Made by a program: the position numbers and the translations under genes. Of a stretch of DNA of 32,000 nucleotides, positions 15,167 to 25,672 are shown piece after piece (the stretch's first letter is position 1; each line of letters opens with the position of its first letter). This stretch comes from Thermoproteus tenax Kra 1. Its GTDB lineage: Archaea; Thermoproteota; Thermoprotei; Thermoproteales; Thermoproteaceae. The stretch is from assembly GCF_000253055.1 (NCBI RefSeq), contig NC_016070.1:1200001-1232000 (forward strand), given 5' to 3'. The notes under the pieces were generated by a model. The model did no database searches and was not told where the DNA came from. It saw nothing but the letters and a program-made list of their open reading frames with translations.

Positions 15167-16102
15167 TTATACGCGGCCTCCTCGGGAACCTGCCATCGAG
15201 GGGCGGGCTGCCGCTCTGCCCGCTCTGAGGATCTCCCTCAACATACTTCCAACGCCGATGACGCCGACGACGGTCAACACCAAGATAGTGCCTATGTTTA
15301 TCGAGTCTAGATTGGGCACTGGGTTGCCGGTGGCAATAGCCCAGCTGTCTATCTCGGGCAACGCCACTACGGCCAGGCCGGCAACTGCGAAGACAAGCCC
15401 GCCGTAGTAGAGGGTACGGCCGGCGACACGTCTGGCAATCCTAGTGATCTCCTCCTCGCTCAGCCTCTTTAACCTCATAAGGCTCCCGAACAGGGCCCCG
15501 AATATAATCTGCATCGCCATAGTGCCCAGCCCGAAGAAGAGGCCGGGGAGCGGGGCATACAACAACGAGCCGACGCGGGGCGCTAGCGCGAACGTCAACA
15601 CGCTCGCGTAGGCCCCGAAGCCGAAGCCGGCCACAAGGCCGTGCACCACAGTCATACCCAGAGGGACGTCCCTCTCCTCTAGCTCGTGCATCGGCACTCC
15701 GCCCACTCTGTCGCTGTGGTGCCTCCAGCCTCCAAATAGGACGTCTATCGGCAAATGGATGTAGCGGCCCTTGAGGACGTAGGCGCCTGCCACAGCCATG
15801 ACCAGCCCCACTACAATGTAGACTGGGCCGTCGAGATTGTACTGTTGATAGAAGCTCGCCAAGCCCAAAAAGCCCAACGTAGTCAAGAGGGCCCGCTGCG
15901 CAGTGAACCCAAGTGAGAATAGAAATCCGGCCTTCATGCCTCCCCTAGTGCTGTATTTGCCCACGGCGTAGCTGAAGGTTATCGGCCACGTGTGTTCGTC
16001 GGGAGTGGCTCCGTGGAGCACGCCGAGGAGGAAGGAAAAGACAAGTATCTCGCCGAGAGTAAGGCTGGAGGGCGGATTCAGCAGCTCCTGGAGCGTTATC
16101 AT
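15167..16102 (-). CDS. integral membrane protein, possibly a NicO/RcnA-like metal transporter
   Basis: 311 aa with about 7-8 TM segments, an LHGATPDEHTW motif in TM1, and a His/acidic central loop (WRHHSDRVGGVPMHELEE). TATA TTTATAAAT lies at 16121-16130. The functional call is tentative. Confidence 0.6.
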   Translation of the reverse strand: MITLQELLNPPSSLTLGEILVFSFLLGVLHGATPDEHTWPITFSYAVGKYSTRGGMKAGFLFSLGFTAQRALLTTLGFLGLASFYQQYNLDGPVYIVVGLVMAVAGAYVLKGRYIHLPIDVLFGGWRHHSDRVGGVPMHELEERDVPLGMTVVHGLVAGFGFGAYASVLTFALAPRVGSLLYAPLPGLFFGLGTMAMQIIFGALFGSLMRLKRLSEEEITRIARRVAGRTLYYGGLVFAVAGLAVVALPEIDSWAIATGNPVPNLDSINIGTILVLTVVGVIGVGSMLREILRAGRAAARPSMAGSRGGRV

Positions 16103-16322
16103 GAGTTTTACACCGTTTTCTATTTATAAACTTATGCACAGCGTCTCCGTTGATCCTTGGTAATTTTAAGAGCTCCGTGCACAGAGAAGTGGGCGAGGAT
16201 GCAGCCGGAGCGCGCTCAAGATCGAGAGAAGCGAGCCGTAGGGAACCGGAGTCGGCCTCACGGCAGGCCCCCGCGGCCCCCTCAGCCGACCGATCCTGCC
16301 GGAGAAAAGACGGCTCAAGCTT

Positions 16323-17866
16323 TTATGTTTTTCCGTAGCCTCCCCCGCCCGGCGTCTCCACGACGACTTCGTCGCCCTCTTCCAGCTTGATCGACTCAGA
16401 TTTAACTCTGACGACCTCGCCGTTCCTCCTCCTCACGACCACCTCCGCAGGTTTGCCGCGCCCTCCCCCCTCCAGCCCCCATGGACCTATTTCGAATCTG
16501 CTCGCTATTATAGACAAAGTGGCAGGCGCCAAGAGCTTGAAGGATCTGACTATCCCGTCTCCGCCCGGGTATCTCCCGGCGCCTCCGCTGTTTTCCCTTA
16601 TTTTGTACGCAGTGAACTTGAGCGGATACTCCCTCTCCGCTATCTCTATCGGCGTGTTCAAAGTGTTTGTCATATTCACGTGACGCCGAACACGCCCGGG
16701 CCGTTGGGCCTGCCGCCGCTTCCTCCGCCGACGGTCTCGTAGTACGACCAATAACGGTGGCCCCTCCATATACCCCCCATCATTATGTTCATCATAGTGC
16801 CGGAGCCCGCGGCCGGAACTCTGCCCGGCAGAGCCTTCGAGAGGGCCAACAACGTAGTGTCGGCGATCCTCTGGCTGGTCTCCAAGTTCCCGGCCCCGAC
16901 GGCGGCCGGCTTGATTGGGTTCACCAGAGAGCCGTCGGGCGCTTTCACTTGGATGGAGCTATAGAACCCGTAGTTCGTGGGAATCTCGGCTCCCAGGACC
17001 GACCTAACCGCGAAGGAGACCGCCGAGAACGTGACGCCGAAGACGGCGTTGATCGGCGCATCCCTCTGGCGCGCTGTGCCCTCGAAGTCCGCCGTCACTC
17101 CGCCTTCGCCTATGGAGAGCACCACCCTTATCGGCAAGAGCTCGCCGTCCCAGTCAAGATAGTCCACCGCCTCGAACGCTCCGCGGGGCCAGTCCGCCAT
17201 CTCTCTCAACGTGATTCTCTTGCCGTATTCGATCGCCTCACTCCACATCTCCTCCACTCCGCCATAGCGCTCGAAGAGGTCTCTCACTCTGGCGGCCCCG
17301 ACCCTCGACGCCGCCAGTTGGGCCTCCAGATCTCCCCGGGCCACCTCCGGAGTCTTGAAGTTCTCCAGCATGAAGGAGAGGGCCTCTCTGTTCAGTGAGC
17401 CTCTCCTCAAGATCTTAAGGGGAGGTATAACAACGCCCTCTTCGTACAAGGTCTTAGCCCTGGGGTTCAACGACGCCGGTAGAGGGCCTCCCACGTCCAC
17501 ATAGTGGGCCTTCGAGGCTATGTAGGCCACGAGCTTCCCGCGCCAGTGGACAGGATAGAGCACCATCACGTCGTTGAGGTGGGTGCCAGCGATGTACGGA
17601 TCATTGGTCAATACGGCGTCTCCCTCCTCGAGCTCTACCCCTTCCCTCTCGAGAGTCCTCAACAGATTGGCCACTCCGACGTGGAATGAGCCGAGGTGCA
17701 CAGGTATGTGTTCGGCTTGGGCCACTATCCTTCCCTCCGGGTCTACCACGGCCACGCTGTGGTCCATACGTTCTCTTATATTGGGCGAGAAGGCGGAGTT
17801 CCTCAAGGCTATTCCGGCCTCCTCCGCTATATACTCAGTGGCCCGATATACGATCTCCCACCTCAT
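16323..17866 (-). pseudogene. hyuB: hydantoinase B / oxoprolinase family (HyuB-like), interrupted by a 1-nt frameshift
   Basis: ORFs 16676..17908 and 16323..16769 together give one HyuB-like protein: ...[21 protein letters not shown] | [21 protein letters not shown]...[12 protein letters not shown]. The span is 1544 nt, which is 3n+2. The start MRWEIVY forms an ATGA overlap with the hyuA stop at 17863-17866. Confidence 0.8.
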
Positions 17867-19806
17867 AGCCTCAGCTCGATCCCATACCTTCCCACCACTG
17901 CTTCCCAACGCGGCGGGACTACTGTCGTTGAGTAGTCCTCAACTATCAAGGCCGGCCCCCTCGCCTTATATCCCAACGGAAGCTCGCTCCGCCGGTAGAC
18001 CGCAGCCTTGACCCACCCGTCGAAGAAGACCTCCTTCTCGGCTACTGAGGGCGAACCGACCTCCGGCGGCTCGGGCACTCTGGGCTTCTGTCTTTTGACC
18101 ACGGCGAAGACGCGTATAGTTACGACCTCCACCGGCTTGTCTAGAACAAAGCCGTAGGTGGCCCTGTGTTTCTCCTCGAAGGCCCTCCTCACGACCTCAA
18201 GGCTTGCGTTGGGCCCCACGGGCACTGTGAGCTCCCATCCCTGTCCTGCGTACCTCACGTCGGCATATCTGACGAAGTAGTCGGGCTTGTATCTAGACAG
18301 CTCCGCCTCGAGCCTCTTGAAGCCCTCCTCAATTTCCCTCGGGTAGGCAGAGCGGGCCTCGAACTTGAAGTCGGCCATGAGCATGCCCAACGAGGTGAAG
18401 ACGCCGGGCATCGGCGGTATGATCACTCTGGAGATGCCCATCTCCTCGGCCACCTCTGCGGCGTGTTGCGGGCCCGCGCCTCCGAATGCCATGAGGGCGA
18501 AGCTGGCCGGGTCCAGACCTCTCTCGACGGTCACAAGCCTTATGGCTCTGGCCATCTCCACGTTGACTAGCTTCACTGCGGCAGCTGAGACGTCGATGGG
18601 ATCCCCCAGCTCCGCCAGAGCTTTGACGGCCGCCTTGACGTCTAGTCTGAGGGAGCCGCCCGCCAGCGTCTCCGGTATTCTGCCCAACGCCAAGTTGGCG
18701 TCCGTGATAGTCGGGCTGGCGCCGCCTCTGCCGTAGCAGACCGGCCCGGGGTCTGCGCCGGCGCTCAGAGGGCCGACCCTCAGAGCTCCCCCTGCGTCTC
18801 TCCAGACTATAGTGCCGCCCCCCGCCGAGACCTCCGCCAGATCCACGAAGGGGAAACGCACGGGATATCCCGAGCCCTTCACCAGTCTGCCTCTGTGGCT
18901 CTCCCCGCCCACTTCGTACTCAGTGGTTATCGAGGGCTCGAAGCCGACTATTGTCCCAGCCTTGGCCGTAGTTCCGCCCATATCGAAGGATATAACGTTT
19001 GCCTCGCCCATAAGTCTGGCGAGCTCCGCCGCGGCGATGACGCCTGCGGCAGGCCCAGACTCAACGAGCTGGACAGGCCGCCTGGCCGCCTCCTCCACAG
19101 TAACAAGCCCTCCCGAGCTGGCCATGACGTAGAGAGAGCCGCCCTTTTCCTCCACGAACCCCCTCAGCCTAGCCAGATAACGCCCCACCAGCGGCATCAA
19201 CGCGGCGTTCACCACAGCGGTGGAGAAGCGCTCGTACTCTCTGGGCTCTTGCGCGACCTCGTGCGACGCCGTGACGTACTCGAAGTATTTGCGCAACGTC
19301 TTGGCGGCGACCTCCTCGTTGCTGGGATTTGCGTAGGAGTGGAGGAATGCCACCGCAGCGCTCACAGCGCCCATGGACCGGGCGCGGGCGGCCAGCGCCT
19401 CGATCTCGGCGGGCTCCACGGCCTTCTCCACTGTGCCGTCGGCCAAAGTCCTCTCCTCTACCTCGAACCTCAGGTCTCTTGGCACTAGTTGGCGCGGCTT
19501 GTTGAAGAAGAGGTCGTAGAGCTTGGGCCTGTTCTGTCTGCCTATCTCTATCACGTCGCGGAACCCCTTGGTGGTGAACAATGCCACTCTCGGCAGCTCC
19601 AGCCCCACTTGTCCCAAGAGGGCGTTCGTACCTATAGTCGAGGCGTGGAGAACCTCGCCGAACTCCAAGCTGGAGAGGCCGTCCATCACGGCCCTCTCCG
19701 GCTCTCTCGGCGTCGAGAGTATCTTCAGCGTAGTTATATTGCCGTTCTCGTCTACGGCCACGAAGTCCGTGAACGTCCCCCCTACGTCTACTCCGACGAT
19801 CTTCAT
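17863..19806 (-). CDS. hyuA: hydantoinase A / N-methylhydantoinase A / oxoprolinase family
   Basis: 647 aa. The N-terminus [16 protein letters not shown] and the internal [11 protein letters not shown] block are ASKHA-type phosphate motifs typical of HyuA. Confidence 0.9.
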   Translation of the reverse strand: MKIVGVDVGGTFTDFVAVDENGNITTLKILSTPREPERAVMDGLSSLEFGEVLHASTIGTNALLGQVGLELPRVALFTTKGFRDVIEIGRQNRPKLYDLFFNKPRQLVPRDLRFEVEERTLADGTVEKAVEPAEIEALAARARSMGAVSAAVAFLHSYANPSNEEVAAKTLRKYFEYVTASHEVAQEPREYERFSTAVVNAALMPLVGRYLARLRGFVEEKGGSLYVMASSGGLVTVEEAARRPVQLVESGPAAGVIAAAELARLMGEANVISFDMGGTTAKAGTIVGFEPSITTEYEVGGESHRGRLVKGSGYPVRFPFVDLAEVSAGGGTIVWRDAGGALRVGPLSAGADPGPVCYGRGGASPTITDANLALGRIPETLAGGSLRLDVKAAVKALAELGDPIDVSAAAVKLVNVEMARAIRLVTVERGLDPASFALMAFGGAGPQHAAEVAEEMGISRVIIPPMPGVFTSLGMLMADFKFEARSAYPREIEEGFKRLEAELSRYKPDYFVRYADVRYAGQGWELTVPVGPNASLEVVRRAFEEKHRATYGFVLDKPVEVVTIRVFAVVKRQKPRVPEPPEVGSPSVAEKEVFFDGWVKAAVYRRSELPLGYKARGPALIVEDYSTTVVPPRWEAVVGRYGIELRL

Positions 19807-21047
19807 CTGCGCGCGCGAAGTCCGTACGCCAGCACGCCCGCCAGCCCCAACACAGCTAACGACGCCAGATAGACTCCGCCTAAGAACTTGTCCACGCCTA
19901 CGATCACGGTCATTATATACGGAGCAGTTCCGGCCAACACAGTGTTTCCTATCTGATATGCTGAGGACACTCCAGTGGCTCTGGCCAACGTGGGGAAGAG
20001 CTCGGCCAAAAAGGCGGCCTCGGGCGTATAGACTATGCCGTGCGCGAAGCCTGTCAAGAGCACAACTACGAAGAAGACGGCTGCGTTGGAGAGGGCGTAC
20101 GTGATCAACAACGCCCCTATTATGAACAGGATGAACCCCAGAGTTATTGGCAACAAGTTGCCCATCCTCTCGGCGAGGAAGCCGCTGATTATTATACCTA
20201 TTAAGTCTAATAATGCGAACAGCACGACTGCCTCAAATTTGGCCTGCGCAGTCACCAGCTTCAGGGCGCCTGCTAAGTTCGGCAGAAATGCGTTGCCGTA
20301 GTAGAAGACGGCGCCTGCGGCGCCCGCAAGGAATATACCTACGACGAGCTCCTTCCAATACTTGCCGTACGCCACGGCGATAGGATTCTCCACTTTCTCG
20401 GCCCTCCTCCTGGCCTCTAGATACTCCAGGGTTTCGCCGAATTTAAACCTAAAGAACAAGCCTATGACTACCAACAAGAGAGACAAAAGAAACGCCGCCC
20501 TCCAGCCCCATGCCGACACTGCGGCGTTGCCCAGCGCCGCAGTCAAGGCCAACAACACGCCGGCTGCAAACAGGAGGCCCAGGGGTACTCCGCTCTGGAC
20601 AAACGCCATAAAGAGGCGTTTCCTCTTAACGTTCTCGAAGAGGTAGTTCACCGCAGTGCCCCACTCTCCTCCGAGCGCGAACCCTTGGAGCACTCTCAAC
20701 AGAACCACGATGGCCACCGCCAGAGCTCCCAGATCGCTGTACGGCGGGACTACGCCGATGAGCGCAGTGGCGATTCCCGCGGTTGCCAGAGTCCAGAACA
20801 TCGCGGTCCTCCGACCATAACGGTCGCCCAGCCACCCAAAGAATATCGCCCCGAGAGGCCTTGCGAAAAATCCCAGCGCAAACGTCAGAAAGACGTTGGC
20901 CAACTCCGTCACTGGGTTCTTCGATGGAAAGAACGCCGAGCCTATATATGATGCCGCAACTGCAAACAAAAACGTGTCGTACCACTCCAAGATCGTGCCG
21001 GAGACCACCCCTGCGACCAAGCCGAGACCTATCTTAGTTTCGGCCAT
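19803..21047 (-). CDS. MFS transporter, metabolite:H+ symporter-like
   Basis: 414 aa with 12 predicted TM segments and the motif [10 protein letters not shown] after TM2. It has an ATGA overlap with hyuA. TATA ATTTATATGG (minus strand) lies at 21068-21077. Confidence 0.88.
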   Translation of the reverse strand: MAETKIGLGLVAGVVSGTILEWYDTFLFAVAASYIGSAFFPSKNPVTELANVFLTFALGFFARPLGAIFFGWLGDRYGRRTAMFWTLATAGIATALIGVVPPYSDLGALAVAIVVLLRVLQGFALGGEWGTAVNYLFENVKRKRLFMAFVQSGVPLGLLFAAGVLLALTAALGNAAVSAWGWRAAFLLSLLLVVIGLFFRFKFGETLEYLEARRRAEKVENPIAVAYGKYWKELVVGIFLAGAAGAVFYYGNAFLPNLAGALKLVTAQAKFEAVVLFALLDLIGIIISGFLAERMGNLLPITLGFILFIIGALLITYALSNAAVFFVVVLLTGFAHGIVYTPEAAFLAELFPTLARATGVSSAYQIGNTVLAGTAPYIMTVIVGVDKFLGGVYLASLAVLGLAGVLAYGLRARR

Positions 21048-21315
21048 AGTGTCGCCTTGAGTTGACCATATAAATCTAATTATAGTTATAGATACTTAGT
21101 TTAGCGCATCTCTTTTGAAAAGAATACATAGACTTCGCGCATGCGGCGTATCTGCGGCGAAGAGTCCATTGTTGGGGCGAGGTGCCCTGCGTCCGGCTCT
21201 TGAGCATATGGACACTTACCATATGAGTTGGCGCCGGGCTCAGGTCTAGCGATGGGGCAGGTAGCGCCGCGAGGAGCTCGTTGATACACCTTTTAATATA
21301 CAGTTCTGATCTCCC

Positions 21316-22128
21316 GTGAACATCCTCGTCACCAACGACGATGGGATCTACTCGCCGGGCCTCAGGCTGTTGTACTCATTTGTCAAAGACTTAGGAAGAG
21401 TATATGTAGTAGCGCCGGAGACGCCCAAGTCGGCGTCGGGCTTGGGCATCACGCTCCACAAGCCTCTGAGAGTTTCGAGGATGGATCTTGAGGGCGTTAC
21501 AGCTTATGCCACGTCGGGCACGCCGTCAGACACAGTCTATCTAGCCGCCTTGGAGATAATGGACAAAATAGACATAGTTTTGTCCGGCATAAATATCGGC
21601 GATAATACCTCCATCCAGGTGGTGCTCTCCTCCGGCACAATAGGCGCGGCCATGCAGGCAGCGCTGTTGGGCATCCCTGCCGCGGCCTTCTCCTTCGATA
21701 TAACGGATCCTGAACAGTTCTGGGAGGATCCAGCGTTGATCTCGGCGGCCCGACATATCGCCAGAGCGTTGGTGAAGTTCGTGGAGGAGGAGGGCATGCC
21801 TCGCGGCGTAGACGTTATAAGCATAAACTTCCCTCGGCGGTTTAGACCGAACGTAGCAGTCAAGATAGTGCCAGCAGCCAAGGTGAAGTTCTCGCAGAAG
21901 GTCGACCGGAGGGTCGACCCCAGAGGATCGACGTACTACTGGCTCTATGGAGAAATGGTGAAGGCCGAGCCTGGCACCGACGTGTATGTGGTACACGAGG
22001 AGGGGAATATAGCGCTGACTCCGCTCACATTCAACATGAACGTCCTCGGGGAGAGGCCTCAAGTTGATACCAAGGGTCTGGAGAAGTTGGCCAAGGTCTT
22101 GAACAGCTCCATCGGCGCCCCCCAGTAG
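21316..22128 (+). CDS. surE: 5'/3'-nucleotidase SurE
   Basis: GTG start; NILVTNDDGIYSPGL signature plus the SGINIGDN block; 270 aa. TTTTAATATA at 21290-21299 lies about 20 nt upstream. Confidence 0.92.
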   Translation: MNILVTNDDGIYSPGLRLLYSFVKDLGRVYVVAPETPKSASGLGITLHKPLRVSRMDLEGVTAYATSGTPSDTVYLAALEIMDKIDIVLSGINIGDNTSIQVVLSSGTIGAAMQAALLGIPAAAFSFDITDPEQFWEDPALISAARHIARALVKFVEEEGMPRGVDVISINFPRRFRPNVAVKIVPAAKVKFSQKVDRRVDPRGSTYYWLYGEMVKAEPGTDVYVVHEEGNIALTPLTFNMNVLGERPQVDTKGLEKLAKVLNSSIGAPQ

Positions 22129-22171
22129 TCTCCGCAGGTCGACTTAAAAACACAGTTCGGGGCGGTACGTT

Positions 22172-22870
22172 ATGGATCTGCCGATGTTGGCGTTGTGGTT
22201 CTACGCTGGGCTCTTCGCTGGCATACTTTCGACGGCCAGCGAGGAGGGCGGCTACGCCAATATAGTCCTCTTCCCGGTGTTGATATTTGCGGGCGAGAAC
22301 CCCTTCGCTGTACTGCTCGGCTTCGCCATAGCCGCCGCTGTCGCTATAGTCTTAAACTTGATAGCATCGAGGAGAGCCATCCAAGGCCCCGTCTTTAGAA
22401 TAAGCTCTTGGCCCTCCTTCCTTGGAGTGGTGGCGGGCTTCGCCGCCTTCCTCCTCTTGCCCTTCTCCATGATAAAGTACATAGTCGCGGCCGCCATGTT
22501 CGCCACCGCCGGCAAGCTCATAGTCGACGCCGTCTGGGGGAGGCGCGCGCTGCACACGGTCAATCCAGTGTTGCGCAGCGCCCTAAACTTCGCCGTCGGG
22601 TTCCTCGACGTGATAGTGGGCACTGCCGCTAGCTTCTCGCTGGCGCGCGCGTTCTTCAGAGAGCTTGAGGCGCTTCTGCCCGTCAGCAGAGTGGGCGAGG
22701 TGGCCTTGAGCGTTGAGCTGAAGCACAGGATCGTCTTAGGCGGCTTCCTGGCGGGCCTCGGCATATTTATAGGGCAGAGGATCGTCTCTTGCTCGGGCCA
22801 TCGGCGGATTTTAAATATAGCTATGGGCATAGCCATTTTTGCGACCGGCCTCGTCTACGCCTTCTATTAG
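22172..22870 (+). CDS. membrane protein, degenerate DUF81/TauE-like permease
   Basis: 232 aa with about 7 TM segments. The N-terminal GLFAGILSTASEEGGYANIVLFPVL loosely follows the DUF81 G-x-G-G-G...P motif. TATA CTTAAAAAC lies at 22143-22151. Confidence 0.6.
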   Translation: MDLPMLALWFYAGLFAGILSTASEEGGYANIVLFPVLIFAGENPFAVLLGFAIAAAVAIVLNLIASRRAIQGPVFRISSWPSFLGVVAGFAAFLLLPFSMIKYIVAAAMFATAGKLIVDAVWGRRALHTVNPVLRSALNFAVGFLDVIVGTAASFSLARAFFRELEALLPVSRVGEVALSVELKHRIVLGGFLAGLGIFIGQRIVSCSGHRRILNIAMGIAIFATGLVYAFY

Positions 22871-23063
22871 CAGTGAAAACTCTGCACCTTTGGATTACGA
22901 TTTAAGGCTCCGCGTTCCCTTTTTACATGGAGCTCAAAAAGTATCTCACGTCCAAATACTTGTTGATACAGCCCTATCTGGACGTGAGGTGCTTCGGAGC
23001 TCCCAGAGAGCTCTGTAGCGATAGAAAAGCGGTGAGGTTGGAGCGTTACACGTATCTAACCAA

Positions 23064-23630
23064 CTAGGCCCATCTAGCGGCCACATACAGCCCGTAGATG
23101 GCTGCGTAAATAAGGATTGGATATACAATGAGTCTTTCGACAATCGGCGGCTCTCCCAACGCTACGTAGGCCGCAAGGGAGATAAGCGTGATCGCGCCCA
23201 TAAGGATGCCCAACATCCGTAGAGCCTTCGGCACGGGCGTGTAGGAGCCCAGGAAGGCCACTGCCAAGCCGCCGAAAAGAAAGGCGATTAGCGCTGAGAT
23301 TGTGTGGAGGCCGTGGGGCGTGCCCTCGGGAAATAGGCCCACTCCCAGAGCTCCCACGCCGGCGAGCGCCAACGTGGACGTAGTGAGAGCCCTCCTCTGG
23401 GCGGCCCTACCAAGCCCGTACGCCGACGCGATAGTCAGCGCGCCCAGAGCCAGCGCCGAGGAGTTAAATATGGAGGAGACCGCCGGGCCTGCGAGGGATC
23501 TATTCCCCAAGTCGCTTATGTAGTTGGTCCACGCGCTGTAGCCCGGATATAGCGCACTTGCTATCTGGACGACCGCTATGAACTGGAGCGCGCCCAACGC
23601 CAAAAGTAGTCCGAAAACCTTTATTGGCAT
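23064..23630 (-). CDS. DUF998-like membrane protein
   Basis: 188 aa with 6 TM segments. The YISDLG motif after TM1 is characteristic of DUF998 as I remember it. Confidence 0.65.
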   Translation of the reverse strand: MPIKVFGLLLALGALQFIAVVQIASALYPGYSAWTNYISDLGNRSLAGPAVSSIFNSSALALGALTIASAYGLGRAAQRRALTTSTLALAGVGALGVGLFPEGTPHGLHTISALIAFLFGGLAVAFLGSYTPVPKALRMLGILMGAITLISLAAYVALGEPPIVERLIVYPILIYAAIYGLYVAARWA

Positions 23631-23652
23631 ACGTCATTCTTTTCTCCACCTT

Positions 23653-25059
23653 TTAACAGTTGGGGCAGACGACCTCCTTCATTCCGGAGAGCCTTCCTCC
23701 GAGCTTGAGGTACCCCGTGGCGAGGGCCGCCGCAATGGACGCCGCGAATATATATAGATATACCGGAGCGCTTATGGACTCATAAAAGGCCACCGCCAAG
23801 AGCGCCGCGCCCGCGGCCGACAATATCTTGCCCCAGAATGGAGCTATCTTTACTGCGCCGATAGCCAACACTACCAACGAGGCTATGTAGTAGAAGGCGT
23901 CTAGGGCATAGGCGTACTCCATGGCGTTATAGGTCATGTCAATGGGCTGGACGTAGCCGCTGAGATATGAGGCAATGTAGGCGCCTGCGGCCGCGGCGGC
24001 CGCCAGCGCCGTGCTTAAGTAGATGGCCTTTGATGGCGCCTTGAAGCGGTTGGTCTCAGCCAAGCCCCTCGACATTAGACCGTCTCTGGCCATTCCGTAG
24101 AACATCCTGGCCGTTGCGTTCAAGGTGGCGAGGTAGCAGCTGAACACGCTGGTCATCACGGCTACGGCGAAGAGCGCCTCCCCCAGGGGGCCCAAGTACT
24201 GCCCCATCAGTCCGTATATCGGATTAACGCCCGACGAAGCTTGTTGCACGTAGTTGTTGATGGCTACGGCGCTGTAGCCCATATTGACGACTATGGAGTA
24301 CGTCACAGCTACATACAACAGGCCCATGGCCAACGTGGCCGCGAGGGTCCCCCAGGGCACGTCCCTCTTGGGCTCCGAGGCCTCCTCGGCTATCTGCGTC
24401 GAGACCTCAAAGCCCATGAAGTAGGTGATAGAGAAGAGGAGACCTCCCGCTACGGCCCCCAACACTCCCAGAAGGCCGGTCTGAAAAGTGGCTTGAGGCG
24501 TGAATGGGAACGCCGAGAGGGCGCCTCTGTACTGATACAACGTCAGGCCCACGAACGAGAGAAGTATAGCCACCTCTATTGAGGTGAGGGCGGCCTCCGT
24601 CCTTATGCTGGGCCTTATCCCCAAGACCGCCGGTATCAACGCCAGGATCATAGGAAGGGGCACCAAGAAGATCGGGTTTACAGATACGCCGAAGGCCGCC
24701 TGGAGGCCCTGCGCAGTCAAATAGCCGAAGGCTATGGCCACTGAGCCGAGCCCCAGCGTGGCGCTGTAGAGCACTGTATACATCACTCCGTTAAGAAAGC
24801 CTGCCCACGGACCCAACGTGTTTGCCGCGTAGGCGTAGAAGCTGGCTGCGTGCGGATATCTCCTGGCCAACAAAAATACGGAGTAGACGATAGACATCAC
24901 GCCCAGCGTGGTCAACAACATGGCCAGAGGCGCGGCGGCGCCGGCGAACTGCATTATAAAGGCGGCCCCGCCGGCTATGCTGTAGGCGGGCGCCTGCCCC
25001 GCGAGCGAGTTGAGTATGGCCCCCTTAATGCCCGTGGCCCTCCTTTCCAGCTCGCCCAT
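23653..25059 (-). CDS. APC-superfamily amino acid permease
   Basis: 468 aa with about 12 TM segments and APC-like N-terminal segments (GIKGAILNSLAGQAPAYSIAGG...). It lies directly downstream of an ACT-domain regulator gene. Confidence 0.85.
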   Translation of the reverse strand: MGELERRATGIKGAILNSLAGQAPAYSIAGGAAFIMQFAGAAAPLAMLLTTLGVMSIVYSVFLLARRYPHAASFYAYAANTLGPWAGFLNGVMYTVLYSATLGLGSVAIAFGYLTAQGLQAAFGVSVNPIFLVPLPMILALIPAVLGIRPSIRTEAALTSIEVAILLSFVGLTLYQYRGALSAFPFTPQATFQTGLLGVLGAVAGGLLFSITYFMGFEVSTQIAEEASEPKRDVPWGTLAATLAMGLLYVAVTYSIVVNMGYSAVAINNYVQQASSGVNPIYGLMGQYLGPLGEALFAVAVMTSVFSCYLATLNATARMFYGMARDGLMSRGLAETNRFKAPSKAIYLSTALAAAAAAGAYIASYLSGYVQPIDMTYNAMEYAYALDAFYYIASLVVLAIGAVKIAPFWGKILSAAGAALLAVAFYESISAPVYLYIFAASIAAALATGYLKLGGRLSGMKEVVCPNC

Positions 25060-25074
25060 ATGGGGTTGGCGCTC

Positions 25075-25672
25075 TTACCTTAAATCTCTTGTTGAACGTT
25101 CAATAAGTTTCTTAAATGACTCCAAGAGCTCCATGGCCTTGGGGACGTCGCCTCTGTCTAGCACGATGTAGACCTCGTTGTTGTACCTTATGATATGTTC
25201 AGGGGCCAGTCCCACCGATCTCATCAACTGGACTATGAAGGTCACGATGCCGACAGGCGCCTTGGGCATAGTGATACGTATAAGCCCCTTATCCCCGCCC
25301 CCTCCCAACAGCCTCGATGGCGCCAACACGCGGACCCTCCAGCCCATCGCTGACGGCCACAAAGGGCTCGCCCGAGGCTACGAGCGCGTTCAGATCTCCC
25401 GGGGGCCCCTCCGCCACAGAGAAGCCGCTATATGCGGCCACGCTCATCTCGCCCAGATGCTCGAAAATCTCAGCGGTGGCTACGCCCTTCCCTCTAAGGC
25501 GCTCCAAAGACTTCACGATTGTGACTATCTTAGTCTCTCTGCCGACTGCGGCGTCCACCAAGGGCTTTATAGACCTGGCAACTGCAGAGAGGTTGGCGAG
25601 CCCCGACGATAAAACTACGCCGTAGAGCGGATTTCCCTCAACTATCCTTTTAACAGCCTCTTGTACTTTCAT
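25075..25672 (-). pseudogene. ACT-domain regulator of amino-acid metabolism (COG2150-like), reading frame interrupted
   Basis: The N-terminal ORF 25289..25672 (VKRIVEGNPLYGVVLSSGLANLSAVARSI...) and the C-terminal ACT-like ORF 25075..25362 (GLIRITMPKAPVGIVTFIVQLMRSVGLAPEHII...EVYIVLDRGDVPKAMELLE) overlap in different frames. The span is 598 nt, which is 3n+1. The alternative is two separate small genes. Confidence 0.55.

Noticed and set aside
16667-17398. 243-aa plus-strand ORF
   Set aside because: It is antisense to hyuB, which has clear family motifs. Its composition is Arg/Gly/Pro-rich.
21101-21289. 62-aa minus-strand ORF in the surE upstream region, and the small CATATGG/CCATATG hairpin at about 21205-21225
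   Set aside because: The ORF has no promoter spacing and odd composition. The 7-bp hairpin is too short to be meaningful on its own.
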